Shown: positions 1-9,837, counted from the stretch's first letter. The stretch: 64,000 nucleotides of DNA from Pseudomonadota bacterium (GCA_021802545.1 JAJZRS010000015.1:2239-66238); one strand, 5' to 3'. A program made the numbers and translations. Notes: generated by a model from the sequence alone, not told the origin.

Positions 1-2076
1 CGGCGCATCGACATCGCGCAGCCGCCTGATTCCGGAGCGAACCATTTGATAAGGGGTTTCATCAGCCCTGACCACGTATATCACTGCGCTCGCATGCCTG
101 GAAAGAACGAGCGAATCGCTTACCGAAACGACAGGCGGGCTGTCTATCACAACCATCTCAAACATTGCGGAAAGTTTTTCCAGCATTTCCCCGAAACGCC
201 TCGACGAGATCAGCTCGAGGGGGTTGGTCAGCAGCTTTCCGCAAGGAATCAGCGAGACATTCCCGCTTTCCGTCTTGTGGATGCATTGATCCAGCCCAGC
301 CGTTCCGACAAGATATTCGAGCAATCCAGGCATGGAAGGATCGTCATGGAGAATATCGGCTATCGAAGGCCGCCTCAGATCCGCCTCCAGAAGAAGCACC
401 TTCTTCATCTGCCCTACCGCAAAGGCGAGATTCACTGAAAGCGTGGATTTTCCTTCCTGAGGAAGGCTGGACGTGACCATCACAACCTTGTGCGGCTCAT
501 CCAGTGAAGACAGCAGCACGCCAGTGCGAATGGATCGGACAGACTCTGAAAACTCCGAGTTCGGATGATCAAGGAACATCCTTTTCGCATCATCCGACGA
601 TTTCGCCCCAAGCATGTGAATCACCCCGAGCGTATTCATCCCGACCTTTTCCTCCACATCCTCCCTGTTCTTCAGGGTGTTGTTGAGATACTCGAACAGG
701 AATGAAAGCGCGATGCCCAAGGCAAGTCCGATGACAAGCGACATCCCTATGATTTTTTTCTTGTCCGGCTTGAAAGGTCTATCCGCCGGGATGGATGGGT
801 CGATGACGCGAGCAATGGTCGACTGGAGATTGGCCCCGACATTCATTTCCTTTGCCCGGTTCATGAAGAGATCGTAAAGCTGTCTGTTGCCATCCACGTC
901 TCGCTGAAGGACATTGAGCTGAAACTCTTTTCTGCTCATATTCTGAATATCCGATCTGACCTGCCCCTGCGCCTGCTCTGCCGCGATTTCGTTGGCTTTG
1001 GCCATTTCGTAATCCTTCTTGATCGCCCCCACGACCGCAGCTATTTGAACCTTCAGGTTGTTTTCGGCGATCCTGAGATCGGATTGGGCCGCAATCATCC
1101 TGGGATGCATGCTTCCATATCTTTGTCTCAGTTCAGCCACTTTCTGCTCGGCCTTCGATTCAGCCTCCTTGGCCTGGATGTACAAGGTGTTCCTCAACAC
1201 TGCAGGGATGGATTCGTAGGCCGGAAGCGGCTGACCTTCGAGATTTTCAACCTGGTAATAGACCACCTGCGCTTCAGCAAGCCGCTGACGCGCCGCGATC
1301 AGGTTCGAAGAAATCTCGTCGAGCTGCTTGCCGGCTCCATTCAGGGCGATGCCTTTTGTGTCCACGATATTCGCCTGGACCCGGTATGCCTGAAGCGCCT
1401 GCTCAGATGCATCGAGTTTCTTCTTCAGATCGCCCAATCTCTGGATGAGCCATGCATTCGCCTTTTGCATCATCTGTACTTTCGCTTCCAAATCGCTTTC
1501 TATATAGGCCTCGGCGTATGCATTCGGAATGCTTGCAGCAAGATCCCTGTCCGAGGAGTCGAAGCTTATCTTGATGATCTGGCCGCTGTTTTGCACTGTA
1601 CTAATCGACAGCCCGCCCTCGAGTCTTGCAACGATGATCTTGAATTTCTCGCTTTCCGGCACGGGTTTCATTGCGGAAGCCGAAAACCACTTATCCCAGA
1701 ACATGGTGCTTTGCCGAGCCGGGATAAACAAGGAGCTTTTCTCCAATCCAAGCTTCTTCGCCACCCTCTCGGCAATCTCTCTGGATTTCAAAACCTGGAT
1801 CTGGGTCTGAAGGAACCCTTCGCCCCCCACTCGTTCCGCATTGTAAATATCCTGAATCGAGAGAATCTTTGGGCTATCCGGCTGTATCATGATCGTCGCA
1901 GTGGAACGGTAAATGGGCGTCATGTTGTAGACGACGAGCGTCGTCACAAGTACGGAGATGAAAGCAAGCCCGAGAATGCTCAATTTATGCCTGACCAGGA
2001 TTCGCCAATATTGCAGAAAGTCCTTTTTTTCCCGCTTCTCGATGGGCTGGGGCTGATCGGGGGAAAATTCGTTCAT
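1..2076 (-). CDS. Polysaccharide chain-length determinant fused to tyrosine autokinase (Wzc-like); 3' end lies beyond the window
   Basis: My minus-strand translation stays open from ATG 2076 to the window edge, which is why it is absent from the ORF track. It reads MNEFSPDQPQPIEKREKKDFLQYWRILVRHKLSILGLAFISVLV... (Wzz-type N-terminus with TM helix). A second TM follows (KKKIIGMSLVIGLALGIALSF), then VMVTSSLPQEGKSTLSVNLAFAVG...MVVIDSPPV (BY-kinase P-loop region). The ATG sits 3 nt after the wza-like stop. Confidence 0.85.
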   Translation of the reverse strand, partial: MNEFSPDQPQPIEKREKKDFLQYWRILVRHKLSILGLAFISVLVTTLVVYNMTPIYRSTATIMIQPDSPKILSIQDIYNAERVGGEGFLQTQIQVLKSREIAERVAKKLGLEKSSLFIPARQSTMFWDKWFSASAMKPVPESEKFKIIVARLEGGLSISTVQNSGQIIKISFDSSDRDLAASIPNAYAEAYIESDLEAKVQMMQKANAWLIQRLGDLKKKLDASEQALQAYRVQANIVDTKGIALNGAGKQLDEISSNLIAARQRLAEAQVVYYQVENLEGQPLPAYESIPAVLRNTLYIQAKEAESKAEQKVAELRQRYGSMHPRMIAAQSDLRIAENNLKVQIAAVVGAIKKDYEMAKANEIAAEQAQGQVRSDIQNMSRKEFQLNVLQRDVDGNRQLYDLFMNRAKEMNVGANLQSTIARVIDPSIPADRPFKPDKKKIIGMSLVIGLALGIALSFLFEYLNNTLKNREDVEEKVGMNTLGVIHMLGAKSSDDAKRMFLDHPNSEFSESVRSIRTGVLLSSLDEPHKVVMVTSSLPQEGKSTLSVNLAFAVGQMKKVLLLEADLRRPSIADILHDDPSMPGLLEYLVGTAGLDQCIHKTESGNVSLIPCGKLLTNPLELISSRRFGEMLEKLSAMFEMVVIDSPPVVSVSDSLVLSRHASAVIYVVRADETPYQMVRSGIRRLRDVDAP

Positions 2077-2078
2077 GG

Positions 2079-2606
2079 TCAAAAGAAACTTTCCTCAACG
2101 GTAATCGTGTCGCCAGGTTCGACCAGGTTGTCTAGATTTTCCCTATGGGGCTTCTTTTCGTTGTCGTGGATGACGGCGATGTCGTTACGGTCTGCCCTGT
2201 CCTGGAATCCTCCCGCCAAGGCGATGGCCTGCCGAACGGTCAGCCCCGGCTGGTAGTGAAACCCTCCAGGATTCTTCACCATGCCGTTCAGGTAGAACTG
2301 CCTGTATTCATCAATGGACACGCTGACTTGCGGATCGACCAGATAGTTGCCCCTGAGTTTGCCAGCAATGAGCGCCCGGAGCTGTGCGACAGTCAGTCCG
2401 AGAACATTGATTTCTCCGAGCATGGGATAGGAGATGCTCCCTCTGTCGCTCAGCCTGACCTTGGAAACGCTGAGCTCCGGTTCGTCGAAAACCGTGATAT
2501 TGATGATGTCACCCATCCCAAGCCTGTAGTTCGAAAGTCCAGAATCCGACGCCATGACCTGGGCAACCGGAATCAGAACAAGTAGAAACAATAAATTGCG
2601 CAACAC
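2079..2606 (-). CDS. Polysaccharide export protein, short Wza/SLBB-type (as in Eps/PEP-CTERM-type loci)
   Basis: 175 aa with signal peptide MLRNLLFLLVLIPVAQVMA. Poly-export/SLBB-like sequence: YRLGMGDIINITVF...LNGMVKNPGGFHYQPGLTVRQAIALAGG. Directly upstream of the Wzc-like gene. Confidence 0.85.
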   Translation of the reverse strand: MLRNLLFLLVLIPVAQVMASDSGLSNYRLGMGDIINITVFDEPELSVSKVRLSDRGSISYPMLGEINVLGLTVAQLRALIAGKLRGNYLVDPQVSVSIDEYRQFYLNGMVKNPGGFHYQPGLTVRQAIALAGGFQDRADRNDIAVIHDNEKKPHRENLDNLVEPGDTITVEESFF

Positions 2607-2646
2607 TCGACCCTCTCACTGCCGGACGAAATCTTGGTTTTCCAGA

Positions 2647-3843
2647 TCAAAGCGAACCGACCAGGCTTAGCATGAAGACATTTCTGTCATAGACAAAAAA
2701 GGAACTATATGCAGGAAGATTGACCGACTTGGACCAAGTCTTCCACCCGAGGTTCGCGGTGAACCAGCGCCTCATCCTGTAGTCCACGCTGACGCCGTAG
2801 CTGTTGTTGGTGGTGTAGACCCCGAGCCATCTGAAATCCTCGTTAATCCGACTGGCATTGAGGTGGGCGGTAAAACGGCTGTCCCAGTCGTATGCCCAGT
2901 CGGCCGTGCTCGAAGTCACAAGGTAAAGACTCGAACCCGGAAGCGTTGATTGCTGAGGCTGCCTCGTCAATGCAAGATTTACTCTGGAATAGGGTTTCGC
3001 ATTCCACGTGATGGAGCCGTTCCAGCCTGTCCCGGTGAAATCAGGAATGGCCCCACCTTCATACCGCTGCTGAACCTGACCGATCCTGAAATCGCCAGTT
3101 GTCTTGGCCGTGGACTCCCATTGCGCGCCGATCAGGTAATTCCTTATCGAATTGTTCGGAACCAGGCTGGCTGCATTGTCATAGGCATACCGGGCATTGC
3201 TTGCTTCAAAAAGCAGTGAGGTGCGAGGCATTACCCTGTAAAAGAACGTTCCGCCCAAATTGGTGATCTTCTTGTCGAATGCAATCGTAATGTTCCTGTT
3301 GTTCAGATACTTGGTAGCCATGTAGCCGGCAGCGAGTTCAATTTTCCCCTTCGCGCCTGCAGAGCCGTAATCCATGGTTCCTGAGATGCCCGCATTGCGC
3401 CATTTGTTTGGCGTCGCCACCGCGCCGCCATAGGTCGTTCCGATCGGATCGATCCCCAGCACATAGCTCGGCTTGAGCTTGAACGAAAGCCTGGATGTTG
3501 CAATGATGTCCGCTTCTCCTGTCAGGTTCTGGGTATTGGAATTGTTGTTGGACGCCCCGCTGTTGTATCGGGTCAGCGATGCACCGTAGCTCAGCGAATA
3601 GACATCGTCCCGCCTTTGCGTAACCAGTTTGACCGAGGGGCTCAATACCTCTATCGTTGCAGCCCGCCTGTTGGCATTGCTGAGGTATACGTTGTCGTCG
3701 TTTTCCAGGATAAGCCCGAGGCTGGCTGACATATTGAATGGTCCCACTGGAATACCTTGACCATCATTGGCTGCGATGGCGCCTGTGCACGCCAAGGCAC
3801 AGCCGACCGCCACGGCCGATTTCACGAAAGGCGAATTTCCCAT
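2647..3843 (-). CDS. Predicted outer-membrane beta-barrel protein of the EPS locus
   Basis: 398 aa with signal peptide ending ACTGAIAA. Alternating aromatic/polar beta-strand pattern with many Y/W/N/G/S residues. C-terminus (VFMLSLVGSL) is barrel-like but has no terminal Phe. Same strand and spacing as the export genes. Confidence 0.6.
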   Translation of the reverse strand: MGNSPFVKSAVAVGCALACTGAIAANDGQGIPVGPFNMSASLGLILENDDNVYLSNANRRAATIEVLSPSVKLVTQRRDDVYSLSYGASLTRYNSGASNNNSNTQNLTGEADIIATSRLSFKLKPSYVLGIDPIGTTYGGAVATPNKWRNAGISGTMDYGSAGAKGKIELAAGYMATKYLNNRNITIAFDKKITNLGGTFFYRVMPRTSLLFEASNARYAYDNAASLVPNNSIRNYLIGAQWESTAKTTGDFRIGQVQQRYEGGAIPDFTGTGWNGSITWNAKPYSRVNLALTRQPQQSTLPGSSLYLVTSSTADWAYDWDSRFTAHLNASRINEDFRWLGVYTTNNSYGVSVDYRMRRWFTANLGWKTWSKSVNLPAYSSFFVYDRNVFMLSLVGSL

Positions 3844-3867
3844 GATATTCCCTTGTCTGGAATAATT

Positions 3868-4428
3868 TCAGCCAGGACTTGCAACACCACCGCCGCCGCC
3901 CCCCCCTGCACCGCCAGCCGGCGTACCTGCAGGGGTGCCAGCCGGCCCGCCCGTCGCGCCAGCGCCAGGACCCGCTCCCGTAGCCCCCAAAACTGCCTGG
4001 ATGTCGACGCCCGGCACGGAGATAGCTGCGCTCTGGATCGCCGTTGTCTGCGCTGGGACCGCCGTGACCGCTGTCTGAGTGATCAAAACCGCCTGGGTCG
4101 GTACTGCCGTCACCGCAGCCAGGACAATCTCAGTCACACTGGCTTCCCCATATGCCGAAATCAGGGCGGAAATCGCCGTCGCTGCGGCAGTGCCGGCAGC
4201 AACCGGGCTCGAGAGCATGGCCGTCGTGATGGCCGACACATTGATTCCTGCCGCCTTTGCCGCCGCCGCAATGTCCGACAGGGAACTGCCGCTATTCGCC
4301 ATGGCGGTCACTTCGGCCTTGATGCTGTCAGGCGACATGCCACTCGTAAATGCGGCCTGAACCGGGATCGAGGAAAAGCCCAAAACCACGGCAAGAAATA
4401 CCTCTTTCCATACCGGCTTTTCGAACAT
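3868..4428 (-). CDS. Secreted Ala/Thr/Gly-rich low-complexity protein, unknown function
   Basis: 186 aa. Sec-type signal (FLAVVLGFSSIPVQAAF). Body is dominated by A/T/V/S/I and the tail reads GATGAGPGAGATGGPAGTPAGTPAGGAGGGGGGGVASPG. GC-rich codon use is consistent with the host. Lies between lapD and the EPS genes on the same strand. Confidence 0.55.
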   Translation of the reverse strand: MFEKPVWKEVFLAVVLGFSSIPVQAAFTSGMSPDSIKAEVTAMANSGSSLSDIAAAAKAAGINVSAITTAMLSSPVAAGTAAATAISALISAYGEASVTEIVLAAVTAVPTQAVLITQTAVTAVPAQTTAIQSAAISVPGVDIQAVLGATGAGPGAGATGGPAGTPAGTPAGGAGGGGGGGVASPG

Positions 4429-4545
4429 GAATATCTCCTTGTCATGGACTCGAATCGAGCAATCCCTTTATAGGCAGACGATAGTTCTATTGCAAGGAAA
4501 TATTGAATTTAATTTGTATTGACTATGCATGCAAGAACCAATGGA

Positions 4546-6456
4546 TCAGGCAAGCGGCGAGGGTTTTCCGATCACAAAGCCTTGAAACCCGTCAATATGG
4601 AGCTTGGCAAGCATGGCGCGCTCCGCTTCTTTCTCGACAGCTTCGGCATAAACGCGCGCATCGACGCCATGCGCGATTCCCGCGATCGCCTGGACCAGGA
4701 ATTGGTTGCCCTTGTCGATATCGATATTGCGGACATAACTGCCGTCGATCTTGAGATAGTCGACCTTCAAGGACGCCAGATAGCCGAAGGAGGCGAATCC
4801 CCGGCCGCACCGGTCAACGCCGAATCCGCATCCGTAAGGCTTGAGGCGCTCGATCATTTTTGCCACGTCCACCTGGTGCCTCGAAACGTCGAACTCGCTC
4901 ATCTCGAAGCTCACCCTGCCTGCATGCTTTCCTGCATCCTTCAGCCTGCCTTCGAGCCATGGAATAAAATCGTGCTCGATCAAGGTCATGATGGAAAGAT
5001 TGATCGCGAACTTTTCTTCCGGGTGCTTGGGGAGCAATTCAAGCACTTGATCGATGACAAGGCGGTCGAACTTTCCTGCATAACCCAGGCTTTCGGCCAT
5101 GGGCATGAAAAGCCCCGCATTCAGGGTTTCTCCTTCATGTTCCATGCGGATGAGCGCCTCGTTATGGATCAGGTCACCCCCATCGATCACCTTCTGGAAG
5201 TGAAGCAGGATATTGCCTGAGGATGCCGTTTTTTCGAATAGCGCCTTCCAGAATTCCGCACCACGTGCAACAGACGCTTTGCCTTCGAACCGCACCCAGG
5301 TTCCGTTTCGCTGCGCAGCCCGCAAGGCCATGTCCGCCTCTGCAAGGAGGATGGATGCGCTCATCCCCTTCGCGAAAAGGGCGAGCCCGAGATGAATGGA
5401 AACGTTTTCACCGCACAACGCGTCCAATCTTTCGCTCATTTGATCTGCGATGCGTTCCGCCTCGATGAGCCCGATATCGGATACGAGCAACGCGAAATTG
5501 GAACCGGCAAGGCGCGCAAGCACCATCCCCCTCATGTCCTCGGAGAGCGACTTGAGTCCTTGTGCGATGTTGCGCAACAATGCATTCCCGGCCTCGAAAC
5601 CTGCGCTTTGATTGTACGCGCCCAGGCCGTCGAGTGCGATCAGGAAAAGCGCACCGTTGTAGAATTCCTCCGTTGATGCGACCATATGGGAGACTTGGAC
5701 ATCGAAGTGCCGCCTGTTCCCGATGCCTGTTACCGGATCGAGATAGCCCTCGTTGCGAAGCATGTCGGCCAGCATCTGCTGCGCTTCGAAATCCTCTCTG
5801 ACTTTCGCCGACATTCTGTTCATGACTTCGACCACTCGCCTCAGATCCTTCGTCCAGGGCAGCTTGTCCTGAATCACGTAATCCCTCGCACCGATCGCGT
5901 CGGCCTGACTCTCGACCGCCTTAAGCGCCCTCAGCACGAAATGCATCGCGATCGACCCCAGGATCAAGGTCGCAGCTGCAAGCATACCCAGCCAGGCTAG
6001 CTCGCCCATGCTGTTACGCCAAAGCTGCTGGTAGGCATAGCCCGGGTGGCTTGCGACCTCGACGATGGCGGCCTGCCGCCAGCCGGACATGACGATCGCC
6101 TCCTCTTTCGGGGTCTCGATCGGCACGAGTCGGACGAACCAGGCGGGGACGCCTTCGACCTTGATGGGAAGGATGCGGCGAATCAGGGTTTCGCCTCGTA
6201 TACTCCGGACAGTGATTTCCCTGTAATACCCTCTGTCGAAAATCGCGTCGACCATCGAGGTCATGGTCGGCAAGTCGTCCTGCTTCATGGGCCGGGACAG
6301 GGAAAGCCCGAGGGATGTGGCGGTGTCCTGCGCGTGAGAGGCGAGCTGCTCAGCGAGATAGCGGCGCGCGCCTTCGACGGAGATCGCGGACACGCCTGCG
6401 AAAACCAGCAGGAAAAGCAGCACGAGGATGCCTGAAAGCTGGGCTCTCAGCGTCAT
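4546..6456 (-). CDS. lapD: LapD-like inner-membrane c-di-GMP receptor (periplasmic LapD/MoxY-N domain, HAMP, degenerate GGDEF, EAL)
   Basis: 636 aa. N-terminal TM, a periplasmic segment, a second TM (AWLGMLAAATLILGSIAMHFV), then a HAMP-like region. The GGDEF-position motif is degenerate (NQSAGFEAG). The EAL domain shows EALIR, NLS, EMSE, KIDGSY, AEAVE and FQGF. Immediately downstream of a LapG-type protease gene. Confidence 0.8.
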   Translation of the reverse strand: MTLRAQLSGILVLLFLLVFAGVSAISVEGARRYLAEQLASHAQDTATSLGLSLSRPMKQDDLPTMTSMVDAIFDRGYYREITVRSIRGETLIRRILPIKVEGVPAWFVRLVPIETPKEEAIVMSGWRQAAIVEVASHPGYAYQQLWRNSMGELAWLGMLAAATLILGSIAMHFVLRALKAVESQADAIGARDYVIQDKLPWTKDLRRVVEVMNRMSAKVREDFEAQQMLADMLRNEGYLDPVTGIGNRRHFDVQVSHMVASTEEFYNGALFLIALDGLGAYNQSAGFEAGNALLRNIAQGLKSLSEDMRGMVLARLAGSNFALLVSDIGLIEAERIADQMSERLDALCGENVSIHLGLALFAKGMSASILLAEADMALRAAQRNGTWVRFEGKASVARGAEFWKALFEKTASSGNILLHFQKVIDGGDLIHNEALIRMEHEGETLNAGLFMPMAESLGYAGKFDRLVIDQVLELLPKHPEEKFAINLSIMTLIEHDFIPWLEGRLKDAGKHAGRVSFEMSEFDVSRHQVDVAKMIERLKPYGCGFGVDRCGRGFASFGYLASLKVDYLKIDGSYVRNIDIDKGNQFLVQAIAGIAHGVDARVYAEAVEKEAERAMLAKLHIDGFQGFVIGKPSPLA

Positions 6457-6468
6457 GCCGCGCTCCTC

Positions 6469-7188
6469 TCATTTCGCCGCTTCCTCATTCATGCGCCTCA
6501 CCAGATCGTTCCACAGGCTGATCCTGTCCGCCTTGCCAGCGGGGCGTCCCGCCCCCCTTTCCTTGGCAAGCCACAATCCGCCCCCATTGAAACTATAGAC
6601 CGGAACCAGATCATTGCGCTCCGATGCAGGCCAGATCGCCTTGTCCAGATTGTCGAGTATCAAAGGATCGGCTTCCGGTGTTGCATAATATGCGAGCACC
6701 ATGTGCGCTTCTTCCGCAGGCGGCGCCTCATAAGCACGGACATAGGTGATCCTGAGCGCATCCATCGGCACCCCCATAGCCAGCAAGGTGAAATACTTGC
6801 CTATGGCGAAATCCTCGCAGTCGCCGCCGTTGGTCGCCAGCGTTTCCACGGGGGTTGCCCAGTAATCCTGCTTCCCCCAGTGCTTGAGATCGGAGACGAA
6901 TTCGACCTGATTGAAGAAATCATTGGCAAGCCTGAGCTTGTCGTCGACAGAGACGCTCCTTCCCTTTTCGATGAGCTTTTGCCAGTCGATGACCCGCTCT
7001 TTCGCCTCCCGTCCGTATTTCTTTCCGACGCGCGCGATCAGCGTGCTGTTCAAGGTGAGCTGGGCGCAAACCGTGCTGCAGATGAGCAGAAGAAGCAGAA
7101 GAGCAGCGCGGTGCCTCCTCAGGAAAGCAGGTAATGCGGCCAGCACGCCTGTCGAGCGAAAGTGCACCGCATCAATGGCGGGATTCAT
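6469..7188 (-). CDS. lapG: LapG-like periplasmic transglutaminase-like cysteine protease (BTLCP family)
   Basis: Core motif DYWATPVETLATNGGDCEDFAIGKYFTLLAMGVP with catalytic Cys, then a later His (EEAHMVLAYY) and Asp (LILDNL). The ORF track begins at 7278. I prefer ATG 7188 ([10 protein letters not shown]...LLLLLLICSTVCA signal), which overlaps the yejF stop by 17 nt. Confidence 0.8.
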   Translation of the reverse strand: MNPAIDAVHFRSTGVLAALPAFLRRHRAALLLLLLICSTVCAQLTLNSTLIARVGKKYGREAKERVIDWQKLIEKGRSVSVDDKLRLANDFFNQVEFVSDLKHWGKQDYWATPVETLATNGGDCEDFAIGKYFTLLAMGVPMDALRITYVRAYEAPPAEEAHMVLAYYATPEADPLILDNLDKAIWPASERNDLVPVYSFNGGGLWLAKERGAGRPAGKADRISLWNDLVRRMNEEAAK

Positions 7189-8815
7189 CGCTTCGGAAAT
7201 GCGCAACTTGACCTGCGATCGGCTCGGCAAATTGCGCACTGGCGAGCAATTGACGCGTGTAGTCGTCGCCAGGTTCATTGACGATGCGATCGGCCGGCCC
7301 GATCTCGAGAATGCGGCCCTGCTTCATGACGGCAATCCGGTGCGACATTGCCGATATCACTTCGAGGTCGTGGCTGATCAGGAGATAGCTCATGCCGTGA
7401 TCGAGCTGAAGTTTCGAAAGCAGCAAAAGCACCTGTTTTTGAACGGACGCATCCAGCGCGCTGGTCGGTTCGTCCAGGACAAGCAGTTTGGGCTTGAGAA
7501 TGACGGCGCGCGCGATGGCAATCCGCTGCCTTTGCCCGCCCGAAAATTCGTGGGGATACCTCGCCAGAATGTCGGCATCCAGACCGACTTCCCGCAAGGT
7601 CTGCACGACTAGATTTCTGCGATCCGAGCGCGACATTTCCGGGCTGTGCAGGGCCACGCCCTCGCCGACGATTTCCTCGATGGTGAGGCGCGGCGAAAGG
7701 CTGCCGAAGGGATCCTGAAAAACCACCTGCATCTTCGCGCGCATTGCGCGCAGCGCTGCCTTGGACAGGGTTTTCAACTGCACCCCGTCGAAGCTGCATT
7801 CGCCGCTGACGATGGACTGCAGAGCCAGGAGCGCCATGGCCAGCGTCGATTTTCCGGAACCCGATTCGCCGACGATGCCCAGCGTCTCGCCGCGCTTCAA
7901 CGAAAGGCTGACGTCTTCCACGGCAACGAACTCTTTTCTCTTGAACCAGCCTGAAGCATAGGAAAACTCGACGCGCAGCCCGCTCGCCCTCAGCAAATCG
8001 CCTGAAGACTCGAACTCCCGAGGCAAAGGGCGCACGATCTTTCCCGGCCTGCTGTCCAGAAGGCGACGGGTATAGGGATGCCGGGGTTCATCGAACAATT
8101 GCGCTGTTTTTGCAATCTCGACAAGCCGTCCTGCCTGCATGACGCCGATCCGGTCGGCGAAACGACGCACCAGATTGAGGTCGTGGGTAATGAGAAGAAT
8201 GGCCATGCCGAATTCATGCTGCAATTCCTCGAGCAGGGCCATGATTTGAGCGCGTATGGTCACATCGAGCGCGGTGGTCGGCTCATCGGCGATCAGAAGC
8301 TGCGGACGACAGGCGAGCGCCATGGCGATCATGACACGCTGCCTCTGCCCGCCTGAAAGCTCGTGCGGATAGCTCGAGAAGCGGCGCTGCGCCTCCTCGA
8401 TGCCTGTCCTCGAAAGGAGGGAGATGGCGCGTTCGCGCGCGCTCGCTTCGTCCATGCCAGCATGCAGGCTGAGCACTTCGGTGATCTGGTCGCCGATTTT
8501 CATGAGCGGATTCAGCGCGCTCATGGGCTCCTGAAAGATCATGGAAATGTCCTTTCCCCTGATGCCGCGCATTCTGCGCTCGCTCGCCTCCAGCAGGTTT
8601 TCCCCCTGGAAATGGATTTCTCCGCCGGTTTTCGCCGAAAGCAGGCGGAGTATGGAAAATGCTGTGACGCTCTTGCCCGAGCCCGATTCGCCGACCAGCG
8701 CGAACTTTTCCCCCGGATTCAGGCTGAAAGACACATCCTGCACGGCCTCAAGCGATGTCCCGTCATGGTCGAAACTGACGCAAAGACTGCGCAATTCGAG
8801 CAAGGGGCTGCTCAT
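7172..8815 (-). CDS. yejF: ABC transporter ATP-binding protein with two ATPase cassettes (YejF-type)
   Basis: Two Walker A motifs (GESGSGKS twice) and two signatures (LSGGQRQR twice). Start taken at [11 protein letters not shown] (ATG 8815), which forms an ATGA overlap with the yejE stop. The longer track ORF (to 8923) looks like a spurious extension. Confidence 0.85.
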   Translation of the reverse strand: MSSPLLELRSLCVSFDHDGTSLEAVQDVSFSLNPGEKFALVGESGSGKSVTAFSILRLLSAKTGGEIHFQGENLLEASERRMRGIRGKDISMIFQEPMSALNPLMKIGDQITEVLSLHAGMDEASARERAISLLSRTGIEEAQRRFSSYPHELSGGQRQRVMIAMALACRPQLLIADEPTTALDVTIRAQIMALLEELQHEFGMAILLITHDLNLVRRFADRIGVMQAGRLVEIAKTAQLFDEPRHPYTRRLLDSRPGKIVRPLPREFESSGDLLRASGLRVEFSYASGWFKRKEFVAVEDVSLSLKRGETLGIVGESGSGKSTLAMALLALQSIVSGECSFDGVQLKTLSKAALRAMRAKMQVVFQDPFGSLSPRLTIEEIVGEGVALHSPEMSRSDRRNLVVQTLREVGLDADILARYPHEFSGGQRQRIAIARAVILKPKLLVLDEPTSALDASVQKQVLLLLSKLQLDHGMSYLLISHDLEVISAMSHRIAVMKQGRILEIGPADRIVNEPGDDYTRQLLASAQFAEPIAGQVAHFRSDESRH

Positions 8816-9837
8816 CGGCGCGCCTTTCTCGTGTCGAATGCATCGCGCAATCCCTCTCCGATGAACACCAGCAGCAACAGCGTGATGAAAAGCACTGAAA
8901 ATGCAGTGACGCCAATCCACCATGCGTCAAGATTGTCCTTGCCCTGCGCGAGCAGCTCGCCAAGGCTCGGGGTCGAAGGCGGGACGCCAAGCCCCAGAAA
9001 ATCGAGACTGGTCAGCGCCGTGATCGAGACGCTCATTCTGAATGGAAGGAAGGTGATCACGGGGGTCAGGCTGTTGGGCAGAATATGCCGCCACATGATT
9101 CTCGCATTTCCCAGCCCCAGCGCCCGCGCGGAACGGACGTAATCGAGCTGCCGGTTGCGCAAGAATTCCGCGCGCACGTAATCCGCAAGCGTCAGCCAGC
9201 CGAAAAGCGAGAGCAGCAGCAGCAGCAAGCCGATGCTGGGCTGGAAAATGGAAGCGAAGATGAGCAGCAGATAAAGCTCGGGCATGGATCCCCATATTTC
9301 CGAAAACCGCTGAAAGAACAGGTCGATTTTCCCGCCGAAATACCCCTGGATTGCGCCCGCCAGGACCCCAAGCAACACCCCGACCGCAGTCAGCGCCAAT
9401 CCGAAGAGCACGGATACGCGAAAACCGTAAAGCGCGCGGGCCAGAACGTCCCGTCCCCGGTCGTCGGTGCCCAGCCAGTTTTCGGCATTGGGCGGCGCAG
9501 GATTGGGGAGTGTCGCGAAATAATTGATGGTGTTGAAGCTGTAGACATTGGGCGGATAGATGGCCCAGTTGCCATTCTTGGAAAAGCGGTCCCTGATGTA
9601 GGGATCGAGATAGTCCGCAGGCGTCGGAAAATCCCCTCCGAAAGTCGTTTCCGGGTAATCATGGAAAAGGGGGAAATAATACGACCCATGGTAATGGATG
9701 ATCAAGGGCTTGTCGTTGGAAAGCACCTCGGCGAAGAGGCTCATGATGAAGAGGAAGGAAAAGACGAGCAGGCTGAAATAGCCCAGCCTGTTTTGCCGAA
9801 AACGCTTCCAGCGTTGCTGATTGGGCGACAGGCTCAC
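8812..9837 (-). CDS. yejE: ABC peptide/microcin-type importer permease (YejE-type)
   Basis: BPD-transporter permease sequence: WLGTDDRGRDVLARALYGFRVS...YVRSARALGLGNARIMWRHILPN. GTG 9837 gives VSLSPNQQRWKRF and a GTGA overlap with the yejB stop. The track ORF upstream extension is Arg/Gly-rich nonsense. Confidence 0.85.
   Translation of the reverse strand: MSLSPNQQRWKRFRQNRLGYFSLLVFSFLFIMSLFAEVLSNDKPLIIHYHGSYYFPLFHDYPETTFGGDFPTPADYLDPYIRDRFSKNGNWAIYPPNVYSFNTINYFATLPNPAPPNAENWLGTDDRGRDVLARALYGFRVSVLFGLALTAVGVLLGVLAGAIQGYFGGKIDLFFQRFSEIWGSMPELYLLLIFASIFQPSIGLLLLLLSLFGWLTLADYVRAEFLRNRQLDYVRSARALGLGNARIMWRHILPNSLTPVITFLPFRMSVSITALTSLDFLGLGVPPSTPSLGELLAQGKDNLDAWWIGVTAFSVLFITLLLLVFIGEGLRDAFDTRKARR

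Noticed and set aside
1045-2256. Long plus-strand ORF (403 aa), together with similar long antisense ORFs elsewhere: 17832-19037, 21144-22283, 25217-26977, 34587-36377, 44305-46116, 51106-52908, 53961-55904 and 55975-57033.
   Set aside because: Each lies antisense to a gene with unmistakable conserved motifs (Wzc, Lon, Tig, GlgP, P-type ATPase, EmrA/OMF, RmuC, DnaB, GltX). Their translations are Arg/Gly/His/Pro-rich with no recognisable domains. They are typical shadow ORFs of GC-rich DNA.
3868-4428. The 186-aa secreted protein as a LapG substrate, because it contains AAG dipeptide contexts (AKAAGI, PVAAGT) and follows lapD.
   Set aside because: Neither site matches the (T/A/P)AA(G/V) consensus at the preceding residue. 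The protein has a Sec signal rather than a T1SS/RTX architecture and has no retention module. The idea is too weak to stand as a finding.
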